Shown piece after piece: positions 51,223 through 63,997 of a DNA stretch of 64,000 nt (the first letter of the stretch is position 1; every line of letters starts with the position of its first letter). The stretch is from NCBI RefSeq assembly GCF_018350175.1, contig NC_058370.1, positions 100,812,001 to 100,876,000 on the forward strand, given 5' to 3'. The notes beneath the pieces are model-generated. The model saw only the letters and a program-made list of their open reading frames with translations, made no database searches and had not been told where the DNA came from. The position numbers and the translations under genes are program-made. The stretch is from Felis catus (lineage: Eukaryota).

Positions 51223-51438
51223 NNNNNNNNNNNNNNNNNNNNNNNNCTCTCAAGATAGAAATACAGAGTCTTTTAAGACGAGAACTAAAATACTGATGTT
51301 GATTGCTCTAATTCGAACACCTATCTAACAGAAAAGGACCCATCCCAGCAGTTAGTTGTTAGACATCATCCCTCAGTGTTAGCCATTCAGTTGGTGCTAT
51401 CCATTTGGTCTTGGAAGGACAGAGAAACTATGGTTGGA

Positions 51439-51535
51439 GTGTGTGTGTGTGCGCGCGCGTGTGCGCACATGCGCGCATTTGTATGGAAACACCTAGGTGA
51501 TACAAAAATAATTTTAAAAAGATTGGCTCTCGTTC

Positions 51536-51567
<32 letters not shown>

Positions 51568-51620
51568 GTATATATATATATATATATACATATATATATA
51601 CACACACACACACACATATG
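51439..51620. repeat. Compound (GT)/(GC) and (TA)/(CA) microsatellites
   Basis: Seen directly at 51439-51478 and 51536-51620. Confidence 0.93.
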
Positions 51621-51639
51621 AGTATATATCCATATATGG

Positions 51640-52292
51640 CAGTTGTTATTTTATGTATCCTGTATTATTTGGGAAGTTGCCTACTTGCTAAAATATATTT
51701 GTAACATTCAGATCAGTACTTCGGCACTTTCATGGTCATCAGACATTGGCAGGGTGGCAAAAAATTTGAGTTGCCTGACAAATGTTCCCAACTGAGGTTG
51801 AATAAAGTGATGTTCTGCCTTCTTGTTTCATCTCTTATACTGTAAACAAGTATCCTTTCTGAGGTCTAATTAGTGCTGAATTTTTATGCTTTTTTTTTTT
51901 TGTTTGTTTTGGTGGTTTTACTACACCAACTATAGTGCTGAAGTACTGTCTAGTCTTCCTAAGTGCAAGAAGGCTGTGATGTGTCTTAGGGAAGAAATAC
52001 ATTTGTTAGAGAAGTTTTATTCAGCCTTGAGTTATAATGCTGTTGGCTGTGATTTCTAAGTTAATAATGCAGTAACATATTAAATAATGTGTTTTCTAGT
52101 ACGTGCATGTGAGCACACATACACGCACACACACACACACATAAAACAAGGTTATATATATAGGTCGGTTGATGAAATTGTGACTCAGAGGCTCAAAGGA
52201 ACCTAACCTTATCTTTCCACTAGGAGCAGTGGTTCACTATTCACTATTCCAGTGTTTGTGTGGACTTAATAAACATAATTACAATGAATAAT
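51640..52292. mobile_element. MER82-like TcMar-Tigger element
   Basis: 'gcctacttgctaaaat...aaaaatttgagttgcctgac...ctgccttcttgtttca...atactgtaaacaag...gaataatgagaatt'. Confidence 0.7.
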
Positions 52293-54416
52293 GAGAATTG
52301 AGAGCGCATGCATGTGTGTTCTTTCCCACTAGCTTGCAAAACCCCCACCCTTTTCTTCACAACATTTAGGCTCTTGGGTCTTGCTTATATGTGATTATTT
52401 TCTTCATGAAAATGTTCGCAGAGAGGGGGAAAGAACATACAGATTATTTCCAGATTACTACCTTGGGAATAGAGTTGGTCATGTCATATCATTTGTCTTT
52501 TAGAGGTCATTTATGAAACTTAATCCCTTTTATCCACATCCATTTGGTGACCTGACTTGTTTCTGTGAACTGTTGTTAAAAGACAGTTTAGGGTCAATGG
52601 TCACTGCCATTGATGTGCCTGTGTTGGAAAACCCAAAGCACGGGCTTTCTCACTAAAGTCTCATTTCTGTATCCTGAAGGTGAGTGAAAACAAGGTCCAC
52701 ATTCTGAACCTTATTTTACAATGATTAAACAGAACAAAAAAAGGTGCTTTTGCTTAAGTTAATTTCAGATGCAGGTTACCTTCGGGATGTTCAGATAGCC
52801 ATGTTGAGGTTTTATCTGCCTTAAAAGGAAGAATGCCTTGCTCTTAAGGACCAAGGAACATACAGGAGGGGCTTTGGGTATCTTGCTTTACTTAGTGATA
52901 GAGTAGTTTTTACTTCTCAGCATTGTTTTCTGGACAGTTGTGTTTTGCATCTTTTGTATATCCAAGCTTTTTAGTCAAAGCAGAACTCATAATTTTGTTT
53001 CTTAAGATGGAAAAAGCAAAATCTAGATCAGTAAGTTTTTATTCTCAGGAAGGTGCACCATGGCTATCATTGTGAATATTACTAGTAATATTAATTGAGG
53101 TAGATTATGATGTGTGCTCTTGACTTTTACTGGTGATAATAGTGGCCCAAGCTTAGTGCTTCAGGGCATTCTCTTGTAGATGTGGGTAGTTACATCCAGT
53201 TGCTACTGTATGAAACTGTGTTGGGAGATGTGACTACTGCAGTAGAATGCTTGCCCTATATAATACACAGAGAACCTGAAAATCATTTGGCATATATAGA
53301 AGTTGGAATTGAAACTTAAGGTCTGTTTTTTGGATTGAATTTGACTTATTTATCTGTGGGTAAGAAGACAAAATACCCAGGTTAGTCATCTGGCACTAAA
53401 ACTTTCCTTGGCAGAGTAGAATTATTCTACCTTGTTTAAGAGCCATTTGTGACTGTCCCTAGTAATGTGCATTTTATCTCTTAATAAGAATTGGAGCACA
53501 CATTTACATTTTTTTTTTTTTTTGAAACTGCAGCAGCATGAGGGGGGAAAAAAACAACAACCGTAAATGGTTCATTCTGATAATTAATGCTGAGCTCTTC
53601 TGAAGACCCTAGGTTAAGTCTAATGTTATTTGGCTTAAGAAATGCATTTTTCCAGCATGGCCTCTCTAAAAGACTAGTTAGTTGTCCCAGTGGGAGGAAT
53701 GGATGAACTAATTTTGGCCACTGTGTATCCATTTCAGTGTCAGAAAAGTGTGAAGCCCTGATATTAGAAGAGCTTCTGTGCTGTATAGTTTGTGTTCAGC
53801 AGGTTATTTGTATTGACATTTTCTGTATACATTTGTCATAACTTAGTGTGCACACAAAGCCAGAAGACTGTGGAATAGCGCCCAAAATGGAGCTGCTGCC
53901 AAGAATTGAGTGTTTCAAAACTGGCTTGCTGAAAACTTAATGCTATTCATTCAGATTTTGTCTCTCCCATACCTCCCTTTACCATTTGTAAACAAAAATG
54001 CATTTGGAATTTTAGTTGGGTTAAATCAATCTGTGTTGTGATTTGTTAAAAACAATTTCAGCAAATTGACTTTACATATCCGTGTGTTTCTATGTGTGTG
54101 TCTTTTGCCCCTGGGAAATCCTTGGATTGACCATCTAGTTTATTATATTTTCCGTAGTCAAAGTTGTGTCAAAGTTATGCTTTGAGCCACTCCTTAGTAT
54201 TTGTCATGCTCTTAGCTTGGGGTGACTTCACTTTAGTCTCCCTATACCTGTGATCATTTGATGGATTCCTACTATTTGACCTTTTCAGTTCATTGGAGCT
54301 GCAGTGGTTTGGTGCCATCAAATGGCTACTGACAGTACTTAAACATTAAGCTGATTGAAATATCCACTGGAATTTAACGCTTCTTATTTGTTACCTTAAA
54401 ATCTTCCATTTTTCAG

Positions 54417-54519
54417 GATGTAAACAATCTTCGACTTTCCCTTATGGATAATCAGAATGTCAGTAAAGAATTTCAAGCTTTGATTGTGAAACATTTGGAT
54501 GAAAGCCATCTTTTACAAG
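54417..54519 (+). CDS. KDM3A: KDM3A exon 5 (103 nt)
   Basis: DVNNLRLSLMDNQNVSKEFQALIVKHLDESHLLQ(G); tttcag / gtatat. Confidence 0.96.
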
Positions 54520-55219
54520 GTATATAGATTATCTGTTGATGACAGTTCATGAGTTGACAAATAGTTTGTAAGAAGCTACATTTTAGTCCTCATTCATTGA
54601 AATTTCTAATTTTTTAGTAATTGCTTTCTTCATCAACTAGATGATTGAAGGACTTTATATATCCAAAAGCCTCTGAAATTTGGAAAGCTCAGGGCTTATG
54701 TGAAAACTAGTAAAGTAGGTATTAAAAAAGCTCAGGTGTATTTTGACATGGAATTTGATATGTTTGAAATTTCAGTCTTATAAAATTGATGAAACATGAA
54801 TGTGGTAATCCTGATCTTCCCATATACTGTTACTGAGTTTCCTGGTCAATTTTACAGTTTTTAAAGTTCTGTTTAGGCAGTTCTGTTGGGGTTCCTGAAT
54901 TTGGATCCCCTAAAACTCTGCACAGGAAAGTAAGTTTGGGTTCAGTGAGTTACCTGGATTCTGCTTGGTCTCATACAAATGGTAGAATAAATATATTGCC
55001 ACTTTTAGGTAAATTAATAGGAAAATGGAATAAAAAGTTTAAAATAAAATTAAAAATTTCTCCTAGCTTTTCTGAAATGTCTGTCTTCTCGTGTTTATAG
55101 CAGTATCTTTTACTGTTTATTTTTGTCTACTGCTTTTTTTAAAGACTTGAGAAAAGATTATCTTGGATGTTGGTGTGTTGGGAGATAATGCAGATTGCTC
55201 TAAGGATTTTTTTTTTCAG

Positions 55220-55344
55220 GTGACAAAAACTTAGTTGGTTCAGAAGTAAAAATTTATAGCTTGGACCCATCGACTCAGTGGTTTTCTGCAACAATTGTAA
55301 ACGGAAACCCAGCATCAAAAACTCTGCAAGTCAACTGTGAAGAG
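55220..55344 (+). CDS. KDM3A: KDM3A exon 6 (125 nt)
   Basis: DKNLVGSEVKIYSLDPSTQWFSATIVNGNPASKTLQVNCEE; ttcag / gtaaaa. Confidence 0.96.
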
Positions 55345-55602
55345 GTAAAAGAGGATGCTAATTGCATGTAAGATAACCTGACAGAGAAAGATAATTCTAA
55401 AAAAGAATTATAATATCTTATAGGAGTTAAATAGTTTTATTATCTTTGTATTAAAATATTTGAGTAGAAAGAGAAATATCATGATTGTTTTTAAAAGAAA
55501 TTATTTGTAAGAAGCTCTTCTTGTATGTTAACAGAACTAATTTCTGGTATGTTTCTGAGCGTTTTTAAGTTTCCCAGTATCTTTGTTTTATTTATTTTTA
55601 AG

Positions 55603-55675
55603 ATTCCAGCACTGAAAATTGTTGATCCATCACTGATTCATGTTGAAGTTGTGCATGATAACTTTGGGACATGTG
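55603..55675 (+). CDS. KDM3A: KDM3A exon 7 (73 nt)
   Basis: IPALKIVDPSLIHVEVVHDNFGTC(G); taag / gtaaga. Confidence 0.96.
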
Positions 55676-55785
55676 GTAAGATACTGTTTGATTAAAGCCT
55701 TTATTCTCCTTCTGACCTTTCCTCTTTCTCCTTTCCATGTTAAGAGAAACAGGGAAGCCAACTTACTTATTTTTAAATATTTTAG

Positions 55786-55874
55786 GTAATTCCACAAAAA
55801 TTGGAGCCGTAAAACGCAAGTCTTCTGAGAATAATGGAAGCCTAGTTTCCAAACAAGCAAAATCTTGCTCTGAG
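55786..55874 (+). CDS. KDM3A: KDM3A exon 8 (89 nt)
   Basis: NSTKIGAVKRKSSENNGSLVSKQAKSCSE; tttag / gtaacc. Confidence 0.96.
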
Positions 55875-58800
55875 GTAACCTTATGTTTGTCACTTGTGTC
55901 AAAGTTTCCTGAACTCTAATGGTGTGTGGCCAGTTTTTTGGTGGTTATAAAGCTTTCTTCTGTGCTGTTCTGCACTGTGTTGTCTGCTCTTCTTTGCTGG
56001 TTCCAGATCTTGGCCATAATTTCTACACTCAAGCAGATGGAGATAATATAAGTTTCTGGTTAACTATTTTTTGTGTAAAACGTGTATTATTTTTTGATAT
56101 TTGCTGAAAATGCTCAATAGATTTGACAGTTTTCATCCATAAGGAGTGTTTTTGAGGGTAAGCTGAGTTGTGTGTATCAAATTGGAAGAAGGCCTGGCAC
56201 GAGAGAAGGGGAGGAACCTTAGAATTCTGAGTAGGTGTTGAAATAGGACTCCTCACTCCTCGGTAATAGGTTTGATTGGTAATTTATGATTGGTTAAACA
56301 GACATGCTAGATTTTTAAAGGAAGTGTTGGTTTGCCATAACAAATTTCTGCCCAGAAAAGTATAGGCTTGTATGAATGCCACTGTGAGTTCAAGTAATGG
56401 ATTTTATTCTGAAATAGTAAGGATTTAGATCAAGAAACTTAAGACTGTTTGTCTTTGAGGTGAGTTGAATCCTTAGGACCTATTACAATACACATAACTT
56501 TTTTACAGCTTAGGTAAAAGCTTACACAGCTGTGTATCCAAATGCACTCATGTTACAGGGACAAAAACACCTTTGTGATGCTCTGCTCCAGGCTGGAGCT
56601 TAGATTTTAAAAATGGACCAAGTTGGTATTAAGATTGTTGGCAGCACTTTAGAGGGAACTTTGGGGTCTGCAGGAGTAAGGCAAGAAGAAATGGCATGGT
56701 AGTGGGCCAGAGTCAGTTAATGCATCCAGGGTTCTGTATCGGGGCCCAGTGGACTACAACAACATCAAGTAGAACCAAAGCAAGTGCTGTGCTACACAAA
56801 AAAATTTAAGAATCTGAGTGGCTAGGATGATTGCCTTTCCTGAGTCTTAAGGTTGTGAGCAGGCAATAGGAACTTTGACACTTGACCAAAAACTTTGTAA
56901 ACCAAGGTATATAGTATTGTCTTCCTTCCAAGTGTGTAGGCCTGACTTTAGGTTGTTCAGGAAACAATGAAGAGGTAATTATTGGAAATTAGTATTACTA
57001 CTTTCATTTTTGCTTTTAAGTTTACAAGGGGGAAGTAACGTAGTAGGGAGTGATTATTATATCTTAGAGTTAAGCTCACAGAGGATATTGTCGAGTAATC
57101 CACAGTATCAGCAGCTGAGAGAGAAACAGAGTAGAACCTGTGAGGTTATTAGCAGTCTTGGGTCCCAGAGGTAATAAAGGCCAGTTTGGAGAAGTTGATT
57201 GGGTGTAGCCTGACATGGAGAATACATCAGTATAAATAGTTGGTGAGATGAAAAGGAGAACCACATGATGTTGTGTTGAGGAGAGGCCAGAGAATAGGAA
57301 ATGGCATCCTGACAGATTATTGAAGAATCAGCCTGGGGTGCAGGCAGAGGACTGGGGTCAGTAGGGAACTCCTGTGGAAGAAGGTGCCAGTTCTGAACAA
57401 TGTCAGGTTTATCAGTGATGGGACAGATAGGTGAGCAAGTAGATGTATAGCCTTCAAGGAGACACCTGTAAAATGTGGTAACATATATGTCTATAAGTGA
57501 TCCTGGCTGCCTGACTCCTACTGTTCAAGGGCAGGAAGCATGTCTTTTTGATCTCCGTTAGCATTTTGTCCAGCTCAGTAGGTTTGTGTGCTGCTGAACT
57601 GATTGTTGGGCACAGTACAGGCTATTTTTGAAAAAAGCCTGAACGTTGGCTAGGAGATAAGTTCCCATAACCTATTTGAGCTTAATTTCTGCATCTAAAT
57701 TGAAAAACTAAATTTGATGTTTTAAAAATGTCTGTTTCAGCTCTTAAACTTTCTACTAGTCAAATTCTCATTTTAAAGGAAATTGGGATGATAGATTTGG
57801 CTGGAGATGGGTATTGGCTTTTTATTATTTTTATTGTAACACTTTTTCTCCCCCTCATACTGCATTTATTTGTCAAATGAAGATTCTCACATTAAAAAAA
57901 AAAGTTATTTAAAAATAGTTAGCCCAGAAAAACGCTAAAGAAATGTCACTTATTCACATTTTGGAATACCTGTCCTACTGTTTTTTGTTTTCATTTTTTC
58001 CTGTATAATCATGGAGGCCTTTAAACAAAACAAAACAAACTAAAAACCATAGCGTTTTGTAGCCTCCTTGATTCCTTTCCAGTGTGTTGTGAATATTTTT
58101 CCGTATCTGTAAATATTCTTTCTTGTTCTGGGTGGTTCTTGTAATCAGGCAAATTTTGGAAACAGTGGCTGGGGCTAGATTTTAAGAGCGCTAGAGAGGT
58201 ATAGGAAGAAGTGAGGAAAGAAAGAGTTCACTTAAATGTGGGAGTGAAAGGTGAGTATAGTAACATACTTGGCACACATCTCACCGTGTTTGCACTTTCC
58301 AGATGTGTTGGACTGGCACAGAGTTTACTTTTAGGGTGGTCTTTGGAAAACAGGAGTTTGGGATTAGGTAGACGAGACTCTGGATTGCGTTGGTGAATAC
58401 TTTTGGATAGAATAAACCTGTTTGCCAGTAACAGCTGGCTCCTTGAAGGTCTTCTCTGCCTAGCAGACTATTCCTCAGAGTTAGGACATTGCTTGGTTAA
58501 TTGAGAGAGTCTGCTGAGTAGTGTGAGCCAGCAGTGTCCTTTTTAGAATACCATCATACACTCAATTATATTATCTCCGTCTGCTGGCAGGGAGGAACTA
58601 TTGCCATGACTGGTATAGAAGACCTTCAGGGAAAACTCTTCAGGTAAGAAGAAACCTTGACCCTTGTCAAGTCAGAGGCCAGTGCAGTGATGTGCACGTG
58701 AAGATGGGTTTTGAAATTGGAGCCCTATCCCTGTTGAGCGTATTTCAGTTTCTAAAAGGAAAAGCTTCCTAAGTTATGTATTTGTAATACATGGTGACTG

Positions 58801-59214
58801 CACTGAGAAAATTTTCATCTTTCTGCTTTCAGTCAGCTAATCTGTGTGCCAGGCATCATGGTGAAGGACAGCCCTGTAAAATAGGCTTCATTATTCTCAT
58901 TTACAGTTGAGGAAACTGAACTCGAAGAGCTTAAATAATGTGCTAGGAAGTGTCAGAGACCAGATTCAGACCAAGGTCTGCCACCAAAGCCCAGTACCCT
59001 TAGGCACTGTGCTGGTGTTGCCATTCCTCTCCAAATCTTTTCCTTGGTATGGTGAGTCACCACTGTAAAACAGCAGATTCCTGCTTCATTCCCTCTGTCC
59101 TTCCCTCCGTCTTTCCAACAGATATTTACTGAATACTAAATATGTGCTAGACATTGGTGAGTATTACTGTCAGTCATAGGACTGACCTAGCTGTTTTGAA
59201 ATATTAAGTCCTAA

Positions 59215-59950
59215 CGGCATCATTCATTCATGCATTCCACCAGTCTTATTTGAGCATCTGCTGTGTGCCTTGTTTTATAAGGTTTAACAGTGGACACAAG
59301 ATCAGGGTCTGCCTGTAGGTGTGTATGATTCCTTGTGAGAAGACTGACAGTAAAAAAGTATCTTAAATGAACTTTGACAGTGCAGTGTCCTAAAGCAATG
59401 GCGGGTACAAACAAACATAGAAATATGATGAAGCACAGCGGGATGCTTTTGGGGGCACTGCTTTGGAAAGAGTAATCAGAGGTTCTGAGGAGGTGACAAG
59501 AGAACAGATTTGAGAGTGAAGGGATGGAACCAGTCAGCCACATGAAAACTATGCAGAGGGAATGAATGGCAAGTAAGAAGGTGCAGGCAAGAAAGAGTTT
59601 AGAGCGGAAAGGAAGCCAATGTATTTGGAACACTGTGAACAAGTAGAATGAGAGGATCGGGAAGGTTGGTAGAGACCAGACCACACAGAACTCTTCTAGG
59701 CAGTGGAGTGCCATGATCTGATTGATTTATATGTTACAGATTGGTCTGTGGTAGAATACATTTTGGGTAGGAGGCAGACCATTTGGACAAACATGGAGGG
59801 AAGTCAGGCCAGTTAGAAGACCCATTGTAATCCCATGTGGGGGGAAAATGGTGGTAGTGGTGGAATGTAAAGAAATTGGTTAGATTCTGTAAATATTTTG
59901 GAAATAGAGGCAGGATTTCCTGGTCCATTGATTGGATTTAGGAAATGAGA
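59215..59950 (-). mobile_element. L2 relic in intron 8
   Basis: (CATT)n end and 'tatttgagcatctgctgtgtgcc' are the reverse L2 3' terminus. Confidence 0.65.
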
Positions 59951-61615
59951 TGGAGGGTTTTTGTTTTTGTTTTACTTAAGCAGCTCAATGGCTGTTGTAC
60001 AGAATAAAAATTTATGCAATCTAAATTTCTTCAGTGTGTTACTCTAGGTTTGCAATCAAAATTTCTCTCAAGAAAGTAGTTTAAAAAAAGGTATGTATTA
60101 GCATATCAACTCTAAACATAATTCAGCACAAGGAAGGCGGTATGAGGGAAGATCCTTGGTAAAAGTGAGCCTCAAGTAAGCATTTTGAAATGACTTGGCA
60201 ATTAAACTTTGGGAGGGTAATCGTTTTATAGGTGATTACTAGAGAATTATGAAACTGAGTCAAAAAGGACGTTCAGGACTTCTCTAACTTCCTCAGCTTA
60301 ATGATTAGGAAACTGAGGCTCAGAGAGCCGAAGTTGACCATCCCAAGAATATTCTTAGAATAGCCAAAGCCTCCCCACCTCCAAAGAAATTTTTCTGGGG
60401 AACACTAAGTTAATACTTAACCAAAATTGAGTTGACTGAAGTAGTATAATATACGAGCAGATAATTTTATATTTTCATATAGTTTGAAACTGTGCCAAAA
60501 CTTTGACAGTGATTCAGTAGATTTTTATTTTTCAGATATTTCTGTTTAGCATATATTAGACAGTTTTTTCGAGGCTGCCAGAGTTAAATGTCTGAAAAAG
60601 ATTCATGAGTAGACTGAATGTAAATCAATATATTCAGAATTGGGAAGTTTTAAAAACTAAGGGAGGTTGTACCTCAAATTTTAGAAGCTAATCTCTAGAA
60701 GATGAAGAAACTTTGAAGATTCCTGCGGTTTAGATTTGGTGGTAAGATAAATGTAGAGGTCATTGTGGAATGAAGGAGCTGTGCTGGGGAAGGGCACAGG
60801 ACTTAAAGTTTAAAGCCCATGCAAAGAGGCTGGTGAGTAAGCGGAATAATTTCCCCTGGTTTTGCTGAAGACTGGTCACGGGAGTTGAGTTTAATCCCTT
60901 CCTTTTTCCCTGGTGGGAAGTTGACGTGTGTGGATAGTAGAAACTGGAAAGAAGAGGGTCCATTGTTATATTTTTGTGAAGATAAAACTTCTTGAGAAGA
61001 GAAGGTGTCCCAACTTTGTCCCACAGGCTTGTCACGACTTGATATTTTTTGCAGCTTACGGTTGCCCTTGTGACTTGAAGAGCCACATAAGAGCACGAAC
61101 CATGTTCTCAACCTTTATTGCGTTGTAGAGGCTTACCCTGGTACCCAGTAGGCACCACTGCCTACAGGAGTCCTAGTGGTCTGGTCCCCTGCCAGCCTGT
61201 GCAGTAAGTGCGTGGTAGGCACTTGAGTCATGCGAAACTGAACGCATGTGAAGCTGCCACCGTTTAAAGACTGTCACTTGAAAGCTCACTTTTGTGCATC
61301 GCATTTTTAAAGTAATTGCCACATGGCTGCATTTTCCTGACATCATGATTCAGAGGTCTGTGAAAGATCAGCCGGTGATCTTTTATAGGAAGACTCTAGC
61401 TTTATGAAAAGCTGGGATGATTTAACAGCCTTCAGATACAAGTCCTTAATTTTGTGACTTTTCAGTTGTTTTACTGTTTTGTGCTTTATGTTTGGAAATG
61501 ATGTTGTGCTTGTTTAGTACTAAACCAGGCAAATAAATGTGAATCTTGCTAGGACTTCACAATTCTCCAACTAGGTACTTTCCTTTTAATGTCTGTTGGT
61601 TTGCTATCTTTTTAG

Positions 61616-61779
61616 GCCTCTCCTAGTATGTGTCCTGTACAGTCTGTGCCCACAACGGTTTTTAAGGAGATCCTGCTTGGCTGTACAGCAGCAACCCCAC
61701 CTAGTAAGGACCCGAGGCAGCAGAGCACTCCTCAGGCTGCCAACTCGCCACCCAATCTTGGAGCAAAAATTCCTCAAGG
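61616..61779 (+). CDS. KDM3A: KDM3A exon 9 (164 nt)
   Basis: ASPSMCPVQSVPTTVFKEILLGCTAATPPSKDPRQQSTPQAANSPPNLGAKIPQ(G); tttag / gtaagt. Confidence 0.96.
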
Positions 61780-62731
61780 GTAAGTAGGGATATTTGTTAA
61801 AGATGTTTAGTCATAGTAGGAGAAAAATGATTTCAGCCGTAGTTCGCTGTGTCTGAACTTAACCATTGCTGGTGGCAAGACTTAACCTGCATTCCGTGGT
61901 TCATAGGGTGTTAGTACAGCTACATTCGGCGTCATGACCTGCCGTTCCTCACATCTCAGGTTATCCACAGAGGTTTTTCATTAGAGTTTTCAAATCGGTC
62001 AGGTGCCTTTTTGGAGGTGAAAAGGGAAATAGGCACGTAGAACAATGTGGAAAACATTTTTAAAAAGTGAAGATGTGAGGAAAGGGCAACTTTCTTCACT
62101 TGATACAGTGAGAATGGTCAATTGAAATACTGTAGACAGTTGCAGAATAAACGTCTGCTGTGACGAAAAGGGAGCGGAGTGGTTGTATGTGGAAGACTGA
62201 GGTCAGTGGGAGTGTGCAGAACACGGAGACATGGTGATAGAGAGTAGTTCTTACCAGTCCAGACCTCAAGTATAGGCGGCGGCAGGTAAAATATTAAGTC
62301 ATAGAAATGAGGATGTGCTAGCTGTAGGAGGAATAGGTATCTAGTTTATAGGTGAAAAAAATGAATAAGAAATGTAAAGTGTAATCAGAGAGTTGAAGTG
62401 GCTACAAGGTTACGGAGAAAAGAGTTTTAAAGGAAGACTCTTAGAAGGGGTGGCGGCCTGTGCAGGCAGCTGATAAAGACCTAAGATACAGGTCAGAGAG
62501 ACAACGATGTGGAAAGGTGGGTTTGGAAGACTGTTGCAATAAGGTGGAAGACTGGTTGAGCACATTGCTTCCTTGGGAGGAAAGTGGGCTGCCTGGGATG
62601 AGCTTGGAAGGTGGCCACAGAGCAGTCAGATGGAAGGAGGAACAGTCTTTGGGTAGAAAAAGGGAACAGTAAGAAGTTCGGTGCTACCCAAGCCAAATGT
62701 CTCATGTGAGTACTTAAATGAAGAAGTTCTT

Positions 62732-62830
62732 GGGGCACCTGGCTGGCTCAGTCAGTAGTGCCTGTGGCTCTTGATCTCAGGATCGTGAGTTCAATCCCCA
62801 CGTTGGGCGTAAAGCTTACTTAAAGAAAAG
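62732..62830 (+). mobile_element. Short old Can-SINE in intron 9
   Basis: ggggcacctggctggctcagtc...gagttcaatccc, with A- and B-box-like motifs. Confidence 0.8.
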
Positions 62831-63476
62831 AAAATCTTCTCAAGGAGGAAATCCTGTGTTAGAGACAGAGAAAAAAAAGTATAATAGGAAAAAAAGCACT
62901 TTATGTTTTGCTGGGGAAAAAACTTTAAGATGAATTTCAGAGAACAAAAGTTCTTTAAGGATGCTTCCTATTAAGGTAGGGGATAGGAGAAATACCCCAT
63001 CATTTTGTGAGCAAGCACGTAATTAGTTGGCTTTTCAGTTGCTTTGGATCTTGATCACTAACCAAACAGGAATGGAATTATCCAGTGTCAGAGCCAGTGA
63101 CATGTTGTTTGTAGCTGGACTGGGTTTTGTGCTGCTGGTGGTTTTGGTTCCATGAGCTACTGTGTGCTTTAAGAGAAAGCTAAGTTTCGTTATACTGTGA
63201 TAAATAGAACTAACCTGAAGTAGTTGGAGATTTATGAGCACGTACAGATAGGATTTAGGATTGTATTTTTCTAAGTGTTTAGGATATTTTTGCAGAGCCA
63301 TTGACTGATTACCTTTAACTCCAGCTCACGGAAACCTATCCTTCATTCTCTAAAATAAGCAGTTTCTTTTCTCTCTCAATATAGTGGTTGCCTTAAGGTA
63401 CCAAACAATTGTTTTTGGGCAGTAGAGGAGCGATAAGAGAGACCTAGATGCTAGTTTTTTGTATTCTCTTTTTCAG

Positions 63477-63997
63477 ATGTCATAAACAGATTTTACCAGA
63501 AGAACTTTCTTCCTGTCTAAATACAAAGCCTGAAATACTGAGAACAAAACCAGATGTTGTCTGCAAAGTAGGATTGCTGTCTTCAAAGTTCTCTCACATT
63601 GGAACTGGAGACGTAAAACCCCTTAGTGAACCAAAAGGTAGCTGTACCCAGCTGAAGACTAGCACTGATCAGGAAAACCAGTCGGAATCTGTTTCTCAAT
63701 CATCGACTGGCCTTCCTAAGGAGTGCTCACCTACAAAGCCTTCTTCTACGGCAGAATTGGAAATTGCCAGTACTCCTGAACTGCAGAAGCACCTAGAATA
63801 TACGCCTTCCACATCTGATGTCCTTTCAGATAAGCCAGAGGAGAAAGCAGGTGTCAATAGTAATAGCTTTAATAGTTGTGTGGAAAAAAAGATAGAATCT
63901 TCAACTTTAGGATGCCGGTCACAGAATTTGAAGGAATCTTCAGTAAAAATAGATAATGAAAGCTGTTGCACAAGAAACAACAGTAAAATCCAGAATG
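63477..63997 (+). CDS. KDM3A: KDM3A exon 10 (521 nt); gene continues beyond the window
   Basis: Stop-free frame CHKQILPEELSSCLNTKPE...PELQKHLE...RSQNLKESSVKIDNESCCTRNNSKIQN; acceptor tttcag; GT at 63998. Confidence 0.95.

Noticed and set aside
49997-54416. Apparent loss of KDM3A exon 4
   Set aside because: Explained by the N-run that follows an intact acceptor.
62732-62830. tRNA-gene-like A/B boxes (also 6220-6320 and 23969-24117)
   Set aside because: These are tRNA-derived SINE heads with A-rich tails, not cloverleaf tRNA genes.
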